Source: Camelus dromedarius (Eukaryota). Taken from it: DNA of 64,000 bases. Within the stretch, counting starts at the first letter, position 1. Each line of letters begins with the position of its first letter. The notes beneath the pieces were generated by a model. It worked only from the letters and a program-made list of their open reading frames with translations, was not told the origin of the DNA and did not search any database. The translations under genes were made by a program, and so were the position numbers. Positions 24,701 through 36,795 of this stretch are shown here, piece by piece. The stretch spans positions 77,130,001 to 77,194,000 of the forward strand of contig NC_087437.1 of NCBI RefSeq assembly GCF_036321535.1, read 5' to 3'.

Positions 24701-25490
24701 ATTGGTGAAAAGGAAGGAGGAAAAAGGTAAAGGGATCAAGAAGCTGGATAGGTTAATGGAGTTTAGGGTGGTTAGAGAAAGAATGGGAGTAAAAAGTGGG
24801 ATTATAGAGAGGCAAGAAAAAATGGTATTTTGAAAAGTACTGAGGAGCTCCAGAAGTCAGTGCATGGGCAGAGTGGAATCGGAAGTGAGGACACTAGGCC
24901 AAAGGAAGAACGGGGTATTAACTGCTCTTAAAGGTTTCAGGGGTGAAGCAATTTTAAGTGTGACTATAGATAATGAGACCCCGGTTCAGAGTAGAGAGAA
25001 GGGGCTCCGGATTATGAAGGGAAAGACATCGAGGCTCATAAACTCTATGACAGGGATGCTGGAGTCTCCTGAAGACTTGGGAGGAAGACCGTAGTAAAGG
25101 TAGAGTGGCTTAGGATTTTGTTAACTTGAGGAAAGGCGGTGGCATAGCCTGGTGATGGGACTTTAAAAGAAGAGTTTTCATTGGAAATTGGAGAAGCAGT
25201 GGTTTAAACGTGGCATAAGAAATCAGAGAGGTGGAGTTCCTAACTTGGGACTCATGGATGGGTGGGACAGAGAAGAACTAGTAGCCTCCACTCAAGAAGG
25301 CTCCAGGGAAGTGATATCCTCAAAAGACAGTCTGATTTCATGTAAGGCAAGAAACGAAAGAAGTATCCTGTGAAGAAAGTGAGGGTGCAGTTACATTTAT
25401 TTACTATAGAAAAAAAAAAAGTTCCAGGGGCTAGAAGGGAAGAAAATGTAAAATTAAATGGTATTCGAATGTTTTCCCTTCTGTCCACAA
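21735..25490 (-). mobile_element. Long L2 LINE relic, interrupted (pieces about 21735-22809, 23210-23961, 24573-25490)
   Basis: tactgtgttccaggtactattctaggcattgag..gcagtgaacaa (reverse L2 3' end) followed by collinear purine-rich antisense L2 body. Confidence 0.65.
23962..24567 (+). mobile_element. MLT1E-like MaLR solo LTR
   Basis: ctaggtactgctg-like motif, gctggctttgaagatgga, gcaaggaaatagggccctcagtcctacaac, end cagcaatagaaaacggttaca; TSD GCTAT (23957-23961) and GCCAT (24568-24572). Confidence 0.88.
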
Positions 25491-25515
25491 ATTTACGTGA
25501 ATAATTTCTTATTTC

Positions 25516-25543
25516 CGAAGGAAGGAAGGGAGGAAGGAAGGGA
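25516..25543. repeat. (GGAA)n-like simple repeat
   Basis: gaaggaaggaagggaggaaggaaggga. Confidence 0.7.
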
Positions 25544-25559
25544 GACTGAAATTTCCGAG

Positions 25560-25985
25560 ACTGCTCATCAGCATTTTTCCCCTCCTCTTTTTAGGGTCTG
25601 GTCGCAAAGCTAAATTACATTTTCCAAGCCCCTTGTATTTGGGCGAGGCTCTAGAACTAAATTCTGGCCAGGAAGATGATATGTGCCACTTCAAGATATG
25701 ATTCATTGAAATCTCTCATGTACCCACACACAACTCTTCATCTGCTCTTCTCTTTTTGCAGCCATCTTGGAGGTCACTTGGGGTGCTGATACCAAGAACA
25801 GGATCCCTAGGTCACCCCTTACAGGAGAGGAGGCCCACCCTTCAGTGTCACCCCAGCATCTGCCAACCCAGCAGCATCTGCGCTGGGTTTTTGTAAGCAA
25901 GAAACAAACTTGTGTTTTGGTAAGGCTCTGAGATTTTGATGTTGTTTGTTACAGCTGTTAGTGCCACTTACTTTATTTAGAGATG
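25560..25985 (+). mobile_element. MLT1H/I/J-like MaLR LTR
   Basis: tacattttccaagccccttg...actaaattctggcca...gtgccacttc; end gcaagaaacaaactt...ctgagattttg..tgtttgttacagc. Confidence 0.75.
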
Positions 25986-27364
25986 TGACGTAAAAGTTAA
26001 GTAAGACTCTAACTACACTTGAGCAGCCCAAAGTCTAGGTATACAGTTTAAAAAAAAAAAACAAAACATATTCTAAGTTCTGATTTACCATTCTAGTAAC
26101 CTGAGTAATTCTCAAAATTGAAAATGACAAAAATTCTGTGTTCTACATGTCAATCAAAACTATATATGTATATCAATAATATGATACAGGGAGTAATTAA
26201 GCCTTTTGAAATTTATCAGTGGAAATCCTTGTTTTTACTTTGTAAATATAACTCAGTTTCAACCTAAGAAAATCAAATAGTCTTTCCATTGCTACTAGTA
26301 TTTATTTAAACGCCTATGCCTATGTTCATAGTATCTTGTGAATGTCTGATACTGCAGAGCACACATTTTAATGGTGATTTTCCTTTTCTGTTGGCTGTCT
26401 ATTTATATTTAGTGAGAAGTAGAAAACAATTTGACATTTAAAAATATTAAGTATTGTTAGTATGAAGCAATATTCTGAAATCAAGTTTTTTAGAGTATAT
26501 CTTATATGCTTTCATATTTTGAAAGCTGAAAATCCATTTGAAATTGGCTCTTTTATTCCCGTCAGCTTAGAGGTGAAGAGGACAGGGTCTACAAATTAAA
26601 TTTGTCCTTGATGCTAGAAGAAAGTGAAGTAGGGGTGTTTGAGATGCAGCACATACCTGCTATATGCTAGCACACAGCTGTCATGAATCTTTCCCTGGGG
26701 AAAAAAAAAGACCAAGATTATGATCATAACCTCAAATTATCATCACCTGTGATGTTGGTGGCTTATCTACTTGTAAGAACACTTAAGAATTTTTAGCTGC
26801 AAATAATTCTTAAGTTTATCTACAGTCAGGAGAAAGCACAGTTTTACTTTCTTCTGTCAAAGAAAGCTAACAGACTTTTTTTTTTTTAAGTAATCTTCAA
26901 GCACAGGGTGCATTAAGTCTTTGTATCATGATGCTATTTCCATTTCACAGGTTTAGCTATAACAGTATAATTTAGTAATTATGTGTTTATTATTTTATTT
27001 TGTGTAAACGTAGGCTGTATGGTCAGTGTAAAAGAATTTTGTATGATTCTGGATTTTTTTTCCTATGTGTTTTTCTTTCTGTTCAGTTCTCTTTCCTTGG
27101 CTTTTTTATCTGTCTTCATGAAAGACCTACTGACCTTTTACAGTCCTGTGCTTCATTTCTGTGTTCTAATAGCCTTCAGAGTTGTAAAACTACTGTATGT
27201 GTGTGTGTTTACACATACCAATGTATCTCTCTGTGTATAGCAATTTTCAGTGCTATGCTTCTATTTCTCCTATATATCTTTTCATTTCATAAATGTTTAA
27301 TGTGTCGTCTGTTTGCCTATCAATGATTGGTTATCCAAAGGTGAGCATTTCTTACCCACCTGAT

Positions 27365-27790
27365 TTCTTAGAACTTATCATCTAGAGAGGGAGACAGTCA
27401 TTAAAAAATAATTATGCAAATACATGTAAATGAATTATATGATGTTCTAATTGCATCTCTAGGAAGCATTTAATTTAATTTAACTGGATCAGAACTTTCC
27501 TAAGGATAAATGTGAGCTAAGATATCTGAGGAAAGAGGAAGAGCATTTCAGAAAGCTGGAGCAATAAGTGCAAAGGCCCTGTGGCAGGACCCAGCAAGGT
27601 CACTCTGCCTGGAGTGTAGAGAACAGATGTGGGAATCTCAATGTGACTTGACGCTGGAGAGGTCATCTGGGGCCAAACCAGGCAGGAGACAAGAACACAT
27701 TAAGAAACTCAGTCTTTATCTTAAGAGCAATAATGAGCCATTGAATAGTTTTAAGAAAGAGAGTGGTATGATCACGATTCTGTTAGAAGT
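27365..27790 (-). mobile_element. L2 LINE fragment
   Basis: gaagagcatttcaga...aagtgcaaaggccctgtggcagga; ctttatcttaagagcaat..gagccattgaatagttttaag. Confidence 0.75.
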
Positions 27791-30756
27791 AAGGTATTTC
27801 TGAGGAGGCCTAGAGTAGGGAGTAGATAGAAAGGTGCCATCTCCCTGCTCCAAATCACCACTTATCTCCTTCTGAAGTGACTGTAATCACCTCACAGATA
27901 CAAATAAGAATCTTTACTGGGCTCTGTCCTCTGTTATCTTCCAAGCATCTCGTAAATGAAAACCTAACTGTTCATTAGGCACCCAGCTGGTATCTGAGTA
28001 ATAGGGAATTGTCTGAAGTCCACAGGGAGCAGCACATCCCAGTGGACTTAAGAGTGGTGAGTTTCCCCACGAGAGCTGTGGTTCATTGAAAGTTAATGCT
28101 AAGCTGCCCTCATGTTTAGGAGCAGCTGCGTTAGCAGAACCTCTTTTCTGAGCTTTCTTTGGATGTTTCAGACTCTGCTGAGCTGATGGAAGTGAAGTCC
28201 ATAATTTCAGTTATGGTCATTAACCCCCTGCTTTGTGTTTTCACTAATCATTAACATGTCATTTGTGTTAAAGTTAGGCTTTGGGCTCAGGGAGCTAAGA
28301 CTTCAGCGCAGTGGGGACCAAGTATTGAAAGCAGAAAATGCATGACGAATTGCAATAACAAAGCTATCCTGATCACCTGGTAAAAAGGAAAATAAAATCT
28401 TTCTAAACAGTGCAGATGGTGCTGGGATTTGAAACTCCTTGTATTGTGGAAAGAAAAACAAGAACACACACTGTTCACTAGTAGGAAACTTGGTTATGAT
28501 AGTTGAGAATTATAACTTGTAGCCATTGAATAATTTAGCCCCACTAAGAAGGAAATACATGAAAAATGTTAAGGGAGATCTTTAGATACATTTTCTGCTT
28601 GTGTACGGAATGCACGTTTAGGGTGAAATAATCATCAGTTGAATTCATCAAGCCTTTAGTGATCAGGCATTGAATTAATCAATCTCATTCTTGCCCAAAT
28701 GATCTTTTTAACTGTATCTCCTTCATTGTTCTCTAATTACTGGCACCAAATGGCTAGAATCGAAGCCACTTCATATTCCACTGTTTGCCCAGTTTGTTCC
28801 CTTTGCCGTCTCCTACCCTTTTCCCCTGTTCCAGGATTTCCATCCTTGCAGTCCCTGATTAAGTCCACCACATCCCTGGGCTCCCCAGATGATGGGTGCC
28901 CAAGGGAGAAACCTGTCCTATGAAGTTAGTAATTTGTATTTAGTAGTTAACTTGTGTACCTGTTGCAACATTTGTATTAGTAGTATTTAACCCTATATAT
29001 TATTTAGTAGTAAATCTCAACTCCCCAACTCTGTAATATCCTTGGTGTCAAAGAGCTAATGAAATATTATATTCAGTGTGGTTTAATGAACAAAATGTAA
29101 GCTCTCTGGTTCAGATAGGAATCAAAATAACCTTTGCTCTCATTGGTTTCAAGAGTGAGAAAAAGTCTGGGAATGTTCATTTTTACCTTCTTTTTCTTGA
29201 GTTGTATATTTGGGCACTAAATTTAGTTTTCTCTAATTAAGGTTGCTAATAGTGTTAATTCACCAGGCCTGTATTCTGGCATCTGTGCAACTTGTTATAG
29301 ACACCTAGTTATAAACTCCTAGTTTGATACACCTTCATGCATTTTTAAAATTTTACAAGATTTGCTTATCATAGTAATTATATAGGAAGAATGTGGAAAA
29401 TGATCTTTGGCTGACAAGGAATCTCACATTTTTATCCTGTTAATTAGGCTTTACTGGGTATAAAATAATATGACTTGAAAATAATATGTGTATTTGTTGT
29501 AAACACCATATAAAAAAAGAAATATGTATTTTTTTAATAGGCTTAAGTACATATCTACAAGAGGATGGGGAAGGAAGAAAAAAAGTAAAAAAGATATATG
29601 ACGGTACCTCAATATTGTTAATACTAAGAACTATTTTTATGTTGACTACATATTTCTTTTTTTCCTCATAACATATAAAATAAGTTCCACTATTGCAAAG
29701 CCTTTCATATGAAGATTTCATTATTATGAATATTATTTAATTTCACTTAAAAATGTAACAAACCAAGCATCATTCACTGCTGATTTACTAAAATGGGTTT
29801 TCTTTAGGCATAAAGTAAAATCCAGATCATAATGCTTATCCTCCACTACAAAAAAAGTTCTTGTGTACACTTTCGTATCAGAAAATACATTTGATGGTTG
29901 ATCACTTTCATTTTTGAAATATATTTATTTTTCTACAGTGTGCCAAAAAATAGCTTTAAAGGTAAAAAGCATGACAAATCACATCTACTTCTTATTTGGA
30001 GAAAGGCTCTTGCATTATTGAATTTTTACACAATTGTCATGATTCAAAACTATTTTTCCTCCTAGTGAACACTTGTCTTTATCTATGTGTTGGCTGCTGG
30101 CAGAGCTGACATTTTATTTGTTTGCTGATTTCCCATATGCAATACCTTTGTGCATTGTTCCTTCTTTGACTGTTTAATAATCCACTGTATATTTTATTTG
30201 TGACCTAAGAGCAGGTCTTTGTAGCATGCATCATGTTAAAGAAAATTCCACTGAAAGTAATACAAAATAATACCCTGGAAAACCTGTTTTCATTCATGGC
30301 ATTTAAGTCACTTGATACAATAATCTTATTATTTTGAAATACAGAATATGGTGAAATCTGAACTTTCTTTTTATTTTTTGACATTAAGAAATGGGTAGTA
30401 TAAATAAAACAGAAACCTAAATTAGCATAATAATTAGGGTGTGGATCTAAAAGCAATTTGACTAGTTTCCTGAGAAATAGGGTTAAGGTTGAGTTCTGAG
30501 TAAAGTGAAAGACTGCCTCAGAACACTCACATCAGATCCTGCTCAGTTCCTTCAGATGTCTTGTCAGTCTGCTAATGCACATTAGAGGAGGGATTAGCAG
30601 CCTGTTAACTTCTCTTTGTGCAAAGCTGGCTTTGAATATGAAAGTGTACTTTGTAGGGAAGCCTTTTTTTTTTTTTAATTAGGAGCATATGAAGTAAAAA
30701 CTGATTAGCATTATGCATTAGTAGATGAGGGTGATATTTTACCATAATTTCAAACT

Positions 30757-30855
30757 TCCTTGGGGCAAAATAATATTTCTTGGTCTCAATTTGTGTTTCT
30801 GTAAAATGGAAGACATAGTTTATATTATTCTAAGGTTTTCTTAGGTCTTAAGGTC
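30757..30855 (+). mobile_element. MIR fragment
   Basis: ccttggggcaa...ggtctcaatttgtgtttctgtaaaatgga resembles the MIR core. Confidence 0.45.
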
Positions 30856-31743
30856 TTTCCTTTCATTCTATGGTTGATTAGATTTAGATACAGCAATGAA
30901 TACCCTCTGTGATTACAGATTACCAGCCAAAATATTCTATCAGTGTTGAGCAGATTTCTTGACTTGTATATGGCAATTTTTGTTGAAGCCTAGTGTGTTT
31001 GCAGAAAGTAAAAAGGTCAGGGCTATCTCAAACAAATGTAAGGTAGGGCTTTGGGATTAAGCTCTAAAAACCCACCCAGACAGCAGACACTCCCCTTGCA
31101 ACAGGAGCAATCATACCAATCTGGAACTGTGACTCAGGCTTTCTAATAACCCTTTTTTGACATGTTTGTTCACAAGTACGAAAGAAAGAGCAGACAGAGT
31201 TTAGAAACAACATTCTCACGAGTGCATATCTGACATATGATAAACTTTTTTTAAAAAATCAGAACTATCATCCTTAGTGTTCTGATATGAAAAAGACTTG
31301 ACAAAGTAACTCCAAATCTGTAGGCCTCAATATTTTCACATGTAAAACATTGAATTAGACATGTCAAAAAAAATACGCTGAAATGTCCTCCATTTGATAC
31401 TTTCTTTGACTGGAACACGAACTCTTATAAGGATCAGTGACTGCTGAGCCTGGGTGCCCACAGGATATGCATTACACAGAGTAGGAGAAGGAATCTAAAA
31501 CCCGAGTGAAGAATTGAGGGGTAATGGTGGTAAGGACCACAACAACAGTCATGTGTATTGTGTCAAACTTCAAGTTTGAAAGTGCTTTCATATTCATCTT
31601 TCATTTGTTTATCCTCTAAAATCTTTGGTGTAGCTACTACTGATAATACTTTTCTTTGTTTTGCAAAACAGGAGACTGAAATTCGAAGTGATTTACTTAG
31701 AAAATAATGGCACCTGAGAATCAGTCCTCTCAGCTGATTTCTA

Positions 31744-31898
31744 CAGTGGTCCTCACATTTAACATTCATGAAAAACATCTAAATAGGATGTTAAGTTTGC
31801 AGATTTCTGGTCTCTACCTCGAAGTAATTTCACTTAATAAGACTGGGTCAGTGCTCTCCACTTTTACCCAACCTCTCATATGATTCCAGGGAACACTA
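31744..31898. mobile_element. MER5-like hAT-Charlie MITE, degenerate
   Basis: cagtggtcctcacattt...tgcagatttctggtctctacc...tgattc. Confidence 0.45.
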
Positions 31899-34800
31899 TG
31901 AGGTGGTATTTCTTGCAAATCAGAGGTCACTTGTCAATTAGGATACACTTGTTTTTCAGCATAGTGTTCCTTGTGCTTTCTCTGTAATTCATGATCGGGT
32001 AGAAACTTACATTACGCATTTATGACTAGAGCAATTATAGACTTTGTAACAGTCAAAATCATCTGAGTGGCCAGAGTTTCAGCTGACGGATAAACCATTA
32101 AGCGAAAGAGCTGTCATCATGCTTATCTCGCCTCTAATAATCCCTGTACCTGCTCATTCCATGTGAACTGGAAGGCTTGCAAGTAAATTCATGTTTAAAT
32201 GAACACTATTTTAATAGTTATTTATTTTTAATAGTAGAAATTAAAGTCGCAGCCATTTCTAAGAACTCCTGAACTTTCCACACTCTATACTGAATTCTTA
32301 ATTTTAGAATTCATGCCATTAAATGTGGCATTGAACCTTGCACTTTAGTCGTTCTTTTACACTGTTCCATCGTAGGTATCTCTTTTCTCTACAACAAATG
32401 TGCTGGTGCTTTGACAACAAACATGATACCTTCTACCACTGAATCCTTCACAATACCCTAACCAATAACAGTTACTGAATATTTTATAACTTAATCTTAG
32501 AACTACACTTACGTTTGAAATTAAAACCTCTAAAATTTAATTAACAAATAATTAACATATTACTTTATCTTATTGGAAAGACCATTTTAGGTCTGCAGAA
32601 TGATCTAAAAATTAAGGTAATATAAAGGACAGTTTGTTTCTCTGAACCAAAATGTCTCACTTATTTATGCTCCATCTTTCTCAGATTATAAACAGTGCTG
32701 AAGTTCCAAGCTACAAATATGTGTTATATTTATTCATCAATCTGGTCATTCTCTAAAAGGTTACCATCCCTTAAAGAAGAAGTGACCCTCATCTTTAAAA
32801 ACTATGTTGTGTAAATGTTTTAACAACTATGTATTCTCCTTCATTTTTCCTGTATACTTACCTAAATGCCCATTCTCTTTTTCTTTTTTCCTATCTCTCT
32901 AGGAAATTTGTTTCCAAATGATAACTCACAGAATGAAAAAATGCACCTTCCCATAGTATTAAGTGGTAAAAATAGCTAGTGGTGTAGAAGGTTAGCTGGA
33001 TCCTTTTGATGTTTTCACTTCCTTGTGAGGCTGTCCACGCTGGTACAACTTTAAGTGGTAGCAACTTTTATTTTGTGTTCCTGTCTTATTATCACTATTG
33101 GACACCTTGGATGTTTGACCTGACTTCAATACCTACAGAGAGCTCTGATAGAAAGCTTATTATATGGTGCTACTCTCTTGGCTTTGATGTTCTGTAAACC
33201 ATGTGTATGATTGCTTTGGGGGAAAATTTTTAACTCTCTGTACTTTAGACATAAGTGAATTCTCTCTGAGACTCAGATTTGGGTCCTGAATCATGAAGTG
33301 CATTAAGGGTATATAACAACTAAAGATTATTTCTAGATGCTAAAGATGGAGGCTATGTTTATAGCTCATATTTAGCAGTAAATTTTGAGAATTAATGCTC
33401 TCAGGGTTTCAGTGAGAGTGTCTCATTCCTCTGTCCTAGGTTTATTTTGTTTGGTTGGTTTTTAAATTTTTTTCTTTCTTTGAATCCCTTTCAATACATG
33501 TTGAGGAAAAGGTTTATCAATAAATAGCGTGATGATGTCATCCATTTTAATGTCTGCTGTCCTCAGATTATGGCAGAATTTCTTTTGCGTCACAGAAAGT
33601 GCAAGTTAACCCTCTTAAAGAGGAATTATAAGAAATATAATCATGTTCCTAATAATGCCCTTTTAAGTCAGCAGTTTGGAGTAAAGATTGCATTTATCTA
33701 TAGAAACAATACTGTGCATGGTAGTGAGGTTTTTGATCTAGTTTACAAAAGTCAGTTTCAGTGATGTATAGTGTATCAAAAAGAAGCTTATGTAACACAT
33801 TTATCTTAAGAAACAGATCTTCCTTCCTGGGGATAGTGAAGAAGACAAGTAATAGAATGTGTACCTTTTTATTGAGTACCAGGATGACTTTAGGACACAT
33901 TTTTTTTAAGGAGGCAAAGATTGATTTTGTCACAACTGTCTTTCACCTGGATGGCAGGTACCTAGCATACATCATTACTCTCCTCTTGTCCAAGCGGCAG
34001 ATACTGTTAATCAGTCTCAGAGTTTTTTCATGATTACTTCCTAGTTGCTTTCAAAATTCTCAATACAGTGATCTAAGCTTTGATATTTCTTTCATTTGGC
34101 AGGCTATTAAACTGAATCTCAAAAAGGAATCATATAGCCTAGTAGTAATATTTGTGTTGAAAATACATCACAGGGAATAAAAAGGTAAACACATAGTGAG
34201 GGATTAATGAAAATCAATGGCAGTAGCAGATAAATAGCCCCCAGGGGTTTAACCCTCTGGTGGTGGAACAGTAGCCTCATAATTGTACATGTGGCATGAC
34301 ACTGTGCAGTTCGTTAGTTGTTCTCTTTAAGACAGAGTTAAACCCGTCAGTAACAACATCAGTTAGTTACTCTTAAGTACTATCTCTAGACTTATGAAAA
34401 GAGAAATAGTCTATTTGAATTAATGTGACTAAAAATTTAATAGAACACTAGGATGTCACTGCCTAAACAGTAGGATTCTTCTTGCTGCAGAGAATGTGAA
34501 ATGCCTAGCATAGTGTCCAGCACAGAATGGACTGGTGATTAGTATGTTTGTTGCTGTTTTGCTTGCCTTTCAAAGAATCTAATTCAAGTTCACTGTGACT
34601 TTTTTTTCTTAAAAGATTGATTAAGGATATTACATAGGATGTTCCTGCTAATAAAGTTAAAAATGCATGGCAGCTAAAAGTAATAGTAAAATTATGTGTA
34701 TTTTTAAAGTATCCAGTTGTAAAGGAGATGGGCTTCCTGCCCATCTGGCATCCAGAGCAACAGCCAAACCAATACTGTCGTTACTTAAGAGGGTCATAGA

Positions 34801-35393
34801 GAGTTCAGGTATTCAGAGAGCCAATGCCCAAGCCATATGCACAGGGTGGGTTATTCTCAGCAAAGCCTTTCATAGAAGATCTTAGCTTATAGCCACAGAT
34901 AAGAAGGAACTTTATTTTAAGAGGATTAAGGCTAGAATTATTTGTTCATGATGATTGCCAGGATAGCAAAAACTTTCCTCCAGGGCCTGGTAGATGAATC
35001 AGGAGACTCAGATGAAAAGAGCTGAGACTGCCAGGCTAGCGACCTCAGGGTGATGCTATCACAGACTCAGTGCCTGTTGGAAAAACACAATTCAAAAGAT
35101 TGGGAGGAGTCATTTAAAAAGGCAGTCAGTGCAGCACTAGTTACTGATAAGCAACTACTAATACATGGACATATTCTGTAAGTGGTTGCACATTTCATTA
35201 CAGTGTTGTGATCATATAGGCAAACCCCTAGGAACATTTTTAGGACCCAGGAGTGACCCCCAAATACCTGGATCAAGACAGCAGAAGGCTCTGGAGACCA
35301 GGATTGAGGATGGGTAGGGTATTTGGGACCCAGGCTGCCTCTTCTACATCCAAGGGTCTTTCTTTCTGCAGGGAGAAGCGAATCTGTTTCAAC

Positions 35394-35600
35394 CATTCAT
35401 TTGTTGATTCATTCACCTTATATTAATACTTTTAGGGTACCTGCAATGTGCCAGGCATGGTGTTATGTACTGTGGATGAATGATAAATAAGATAGACATG
35501 TTCTTTGCTCTTATGACTATTACCTAACAGTGTTATTTAAATAATTTAAAAATTTATCATTGTGAACTGTGACAACTGATGTAAAGGGAAAACAGTGAAT
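35394..35600 (-). mobile_element. L2 LINE 3' end
   Basis: cattcatttgttgattcattca...acctgcaatgtgccaggcatggtgtta...aataagatagacatg. Confidence 0.75.
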
Positions 35601-35681
35601 TTTGGTTTCATCACTGTTAGAAAAGTTTTCAGACAAAGGAAACAAAATACTCATTCATGCTATTTACTGTGGAAGATAAAA

Positions 35682-35790
35682 TATAGAATGTTAGGGCTGA
35701 AGAAGGTTTTAGGGCTTATCTAACCAAACCTCATTATTTTGTCAATCTTAAATCTTAGGCTAAATAAAGTAAAATGAATGGCCAGGGCTT
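35682..35790 (-). mobile_element. MIR3-like fragment
   Basis: atagaatgttagggctgaagaagg..ttag..ttatctaaccaaacctcattattttg. Confidence 0.55.
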
Positions 35791-36795
35791 CATTTTTAAA
35801 TTTTAATTGATATTTTTATTTTCAATGATGGAACAAGTTTGGCAATTATAATACATATCTCTAGGAAGCAAATATTCCAAATATTGATGATCAGCTTCTA
35901 TATACTTTTAAACCACATATCATAGATTTATATGAGTATATGAGCAGTTTGTATGTGATATTCAAGTATATTACTGCATAGAAAGTTTTTTCTCAGAATC
36001 TTGGCGTGAATTAAAACTGAACCATCAGAATTGTAGGATTATGTATGATTTTTTTATGTTTATGGAAACATTTTGAAAACTATTAAAATCTATTTATATT
36101 ACCAAATACCATAAATATCCAGTTGCTCTTGTATGAAATGTTCTACTAACTCTTAAACAGAGATGTTTTAGAATAAGTTTGTTCAGTTAGCGTGAAAAAA
36201 AAGATAAAGATCAAAGTGTGAGAACATCTTGAAAACATTTTGTCATGCTGTTTATAAATGCATCTGTTAGCATTAGCATTAAGCTATTGTTGGCAAATAT
36301 TATTTTCAAATTAAATGAAACCAGTAAATGTAATCAGAAAATTATTTTCAAATAATGTGCTTTATCCCTAATCTGATGTTTTAATATTTGCTTAAATGAA
36401 TCAAAATCTCCAAATTTAAAGAAGATGGATTTGATCCAAATATTTAAGAGTTGGTTTGTCTGAGTGAGAGGGCATAAACATATGCAGATATCTGCCTCTG
36501 GGCACTGCAGGTTGATTGGTGAAAACAAGACAACCTGATGAGCCCAGCATCAGGAGACAGCTCTCCTCCTGCTCCAAGCTGCATAAGGCTCACTTTCCAA
36601 GCAGAGGATGCATCCTGTAACTACTAGATGCTTTAAAAAAAGAACAAAAGAAAACTCCAGAAAAAGAGCTACCCTAAAGAGTAAAAAACAAACAAACAAA
36701 CAAAACCTGAACTTTCTCTTCCCTTAAGGTTTTAATAGCCTTAGGTTCTATAATATTTTTGTATATTTATTTGTTTTTAGAAATAATTATAGAGA

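Noticed and set aside
29925..29967. Possible 23-nt micro-exon (tttctacag|...aaag|gtaaaa)
   Set aside because: Weak donor, not frame-preserving, no supporting evidence.
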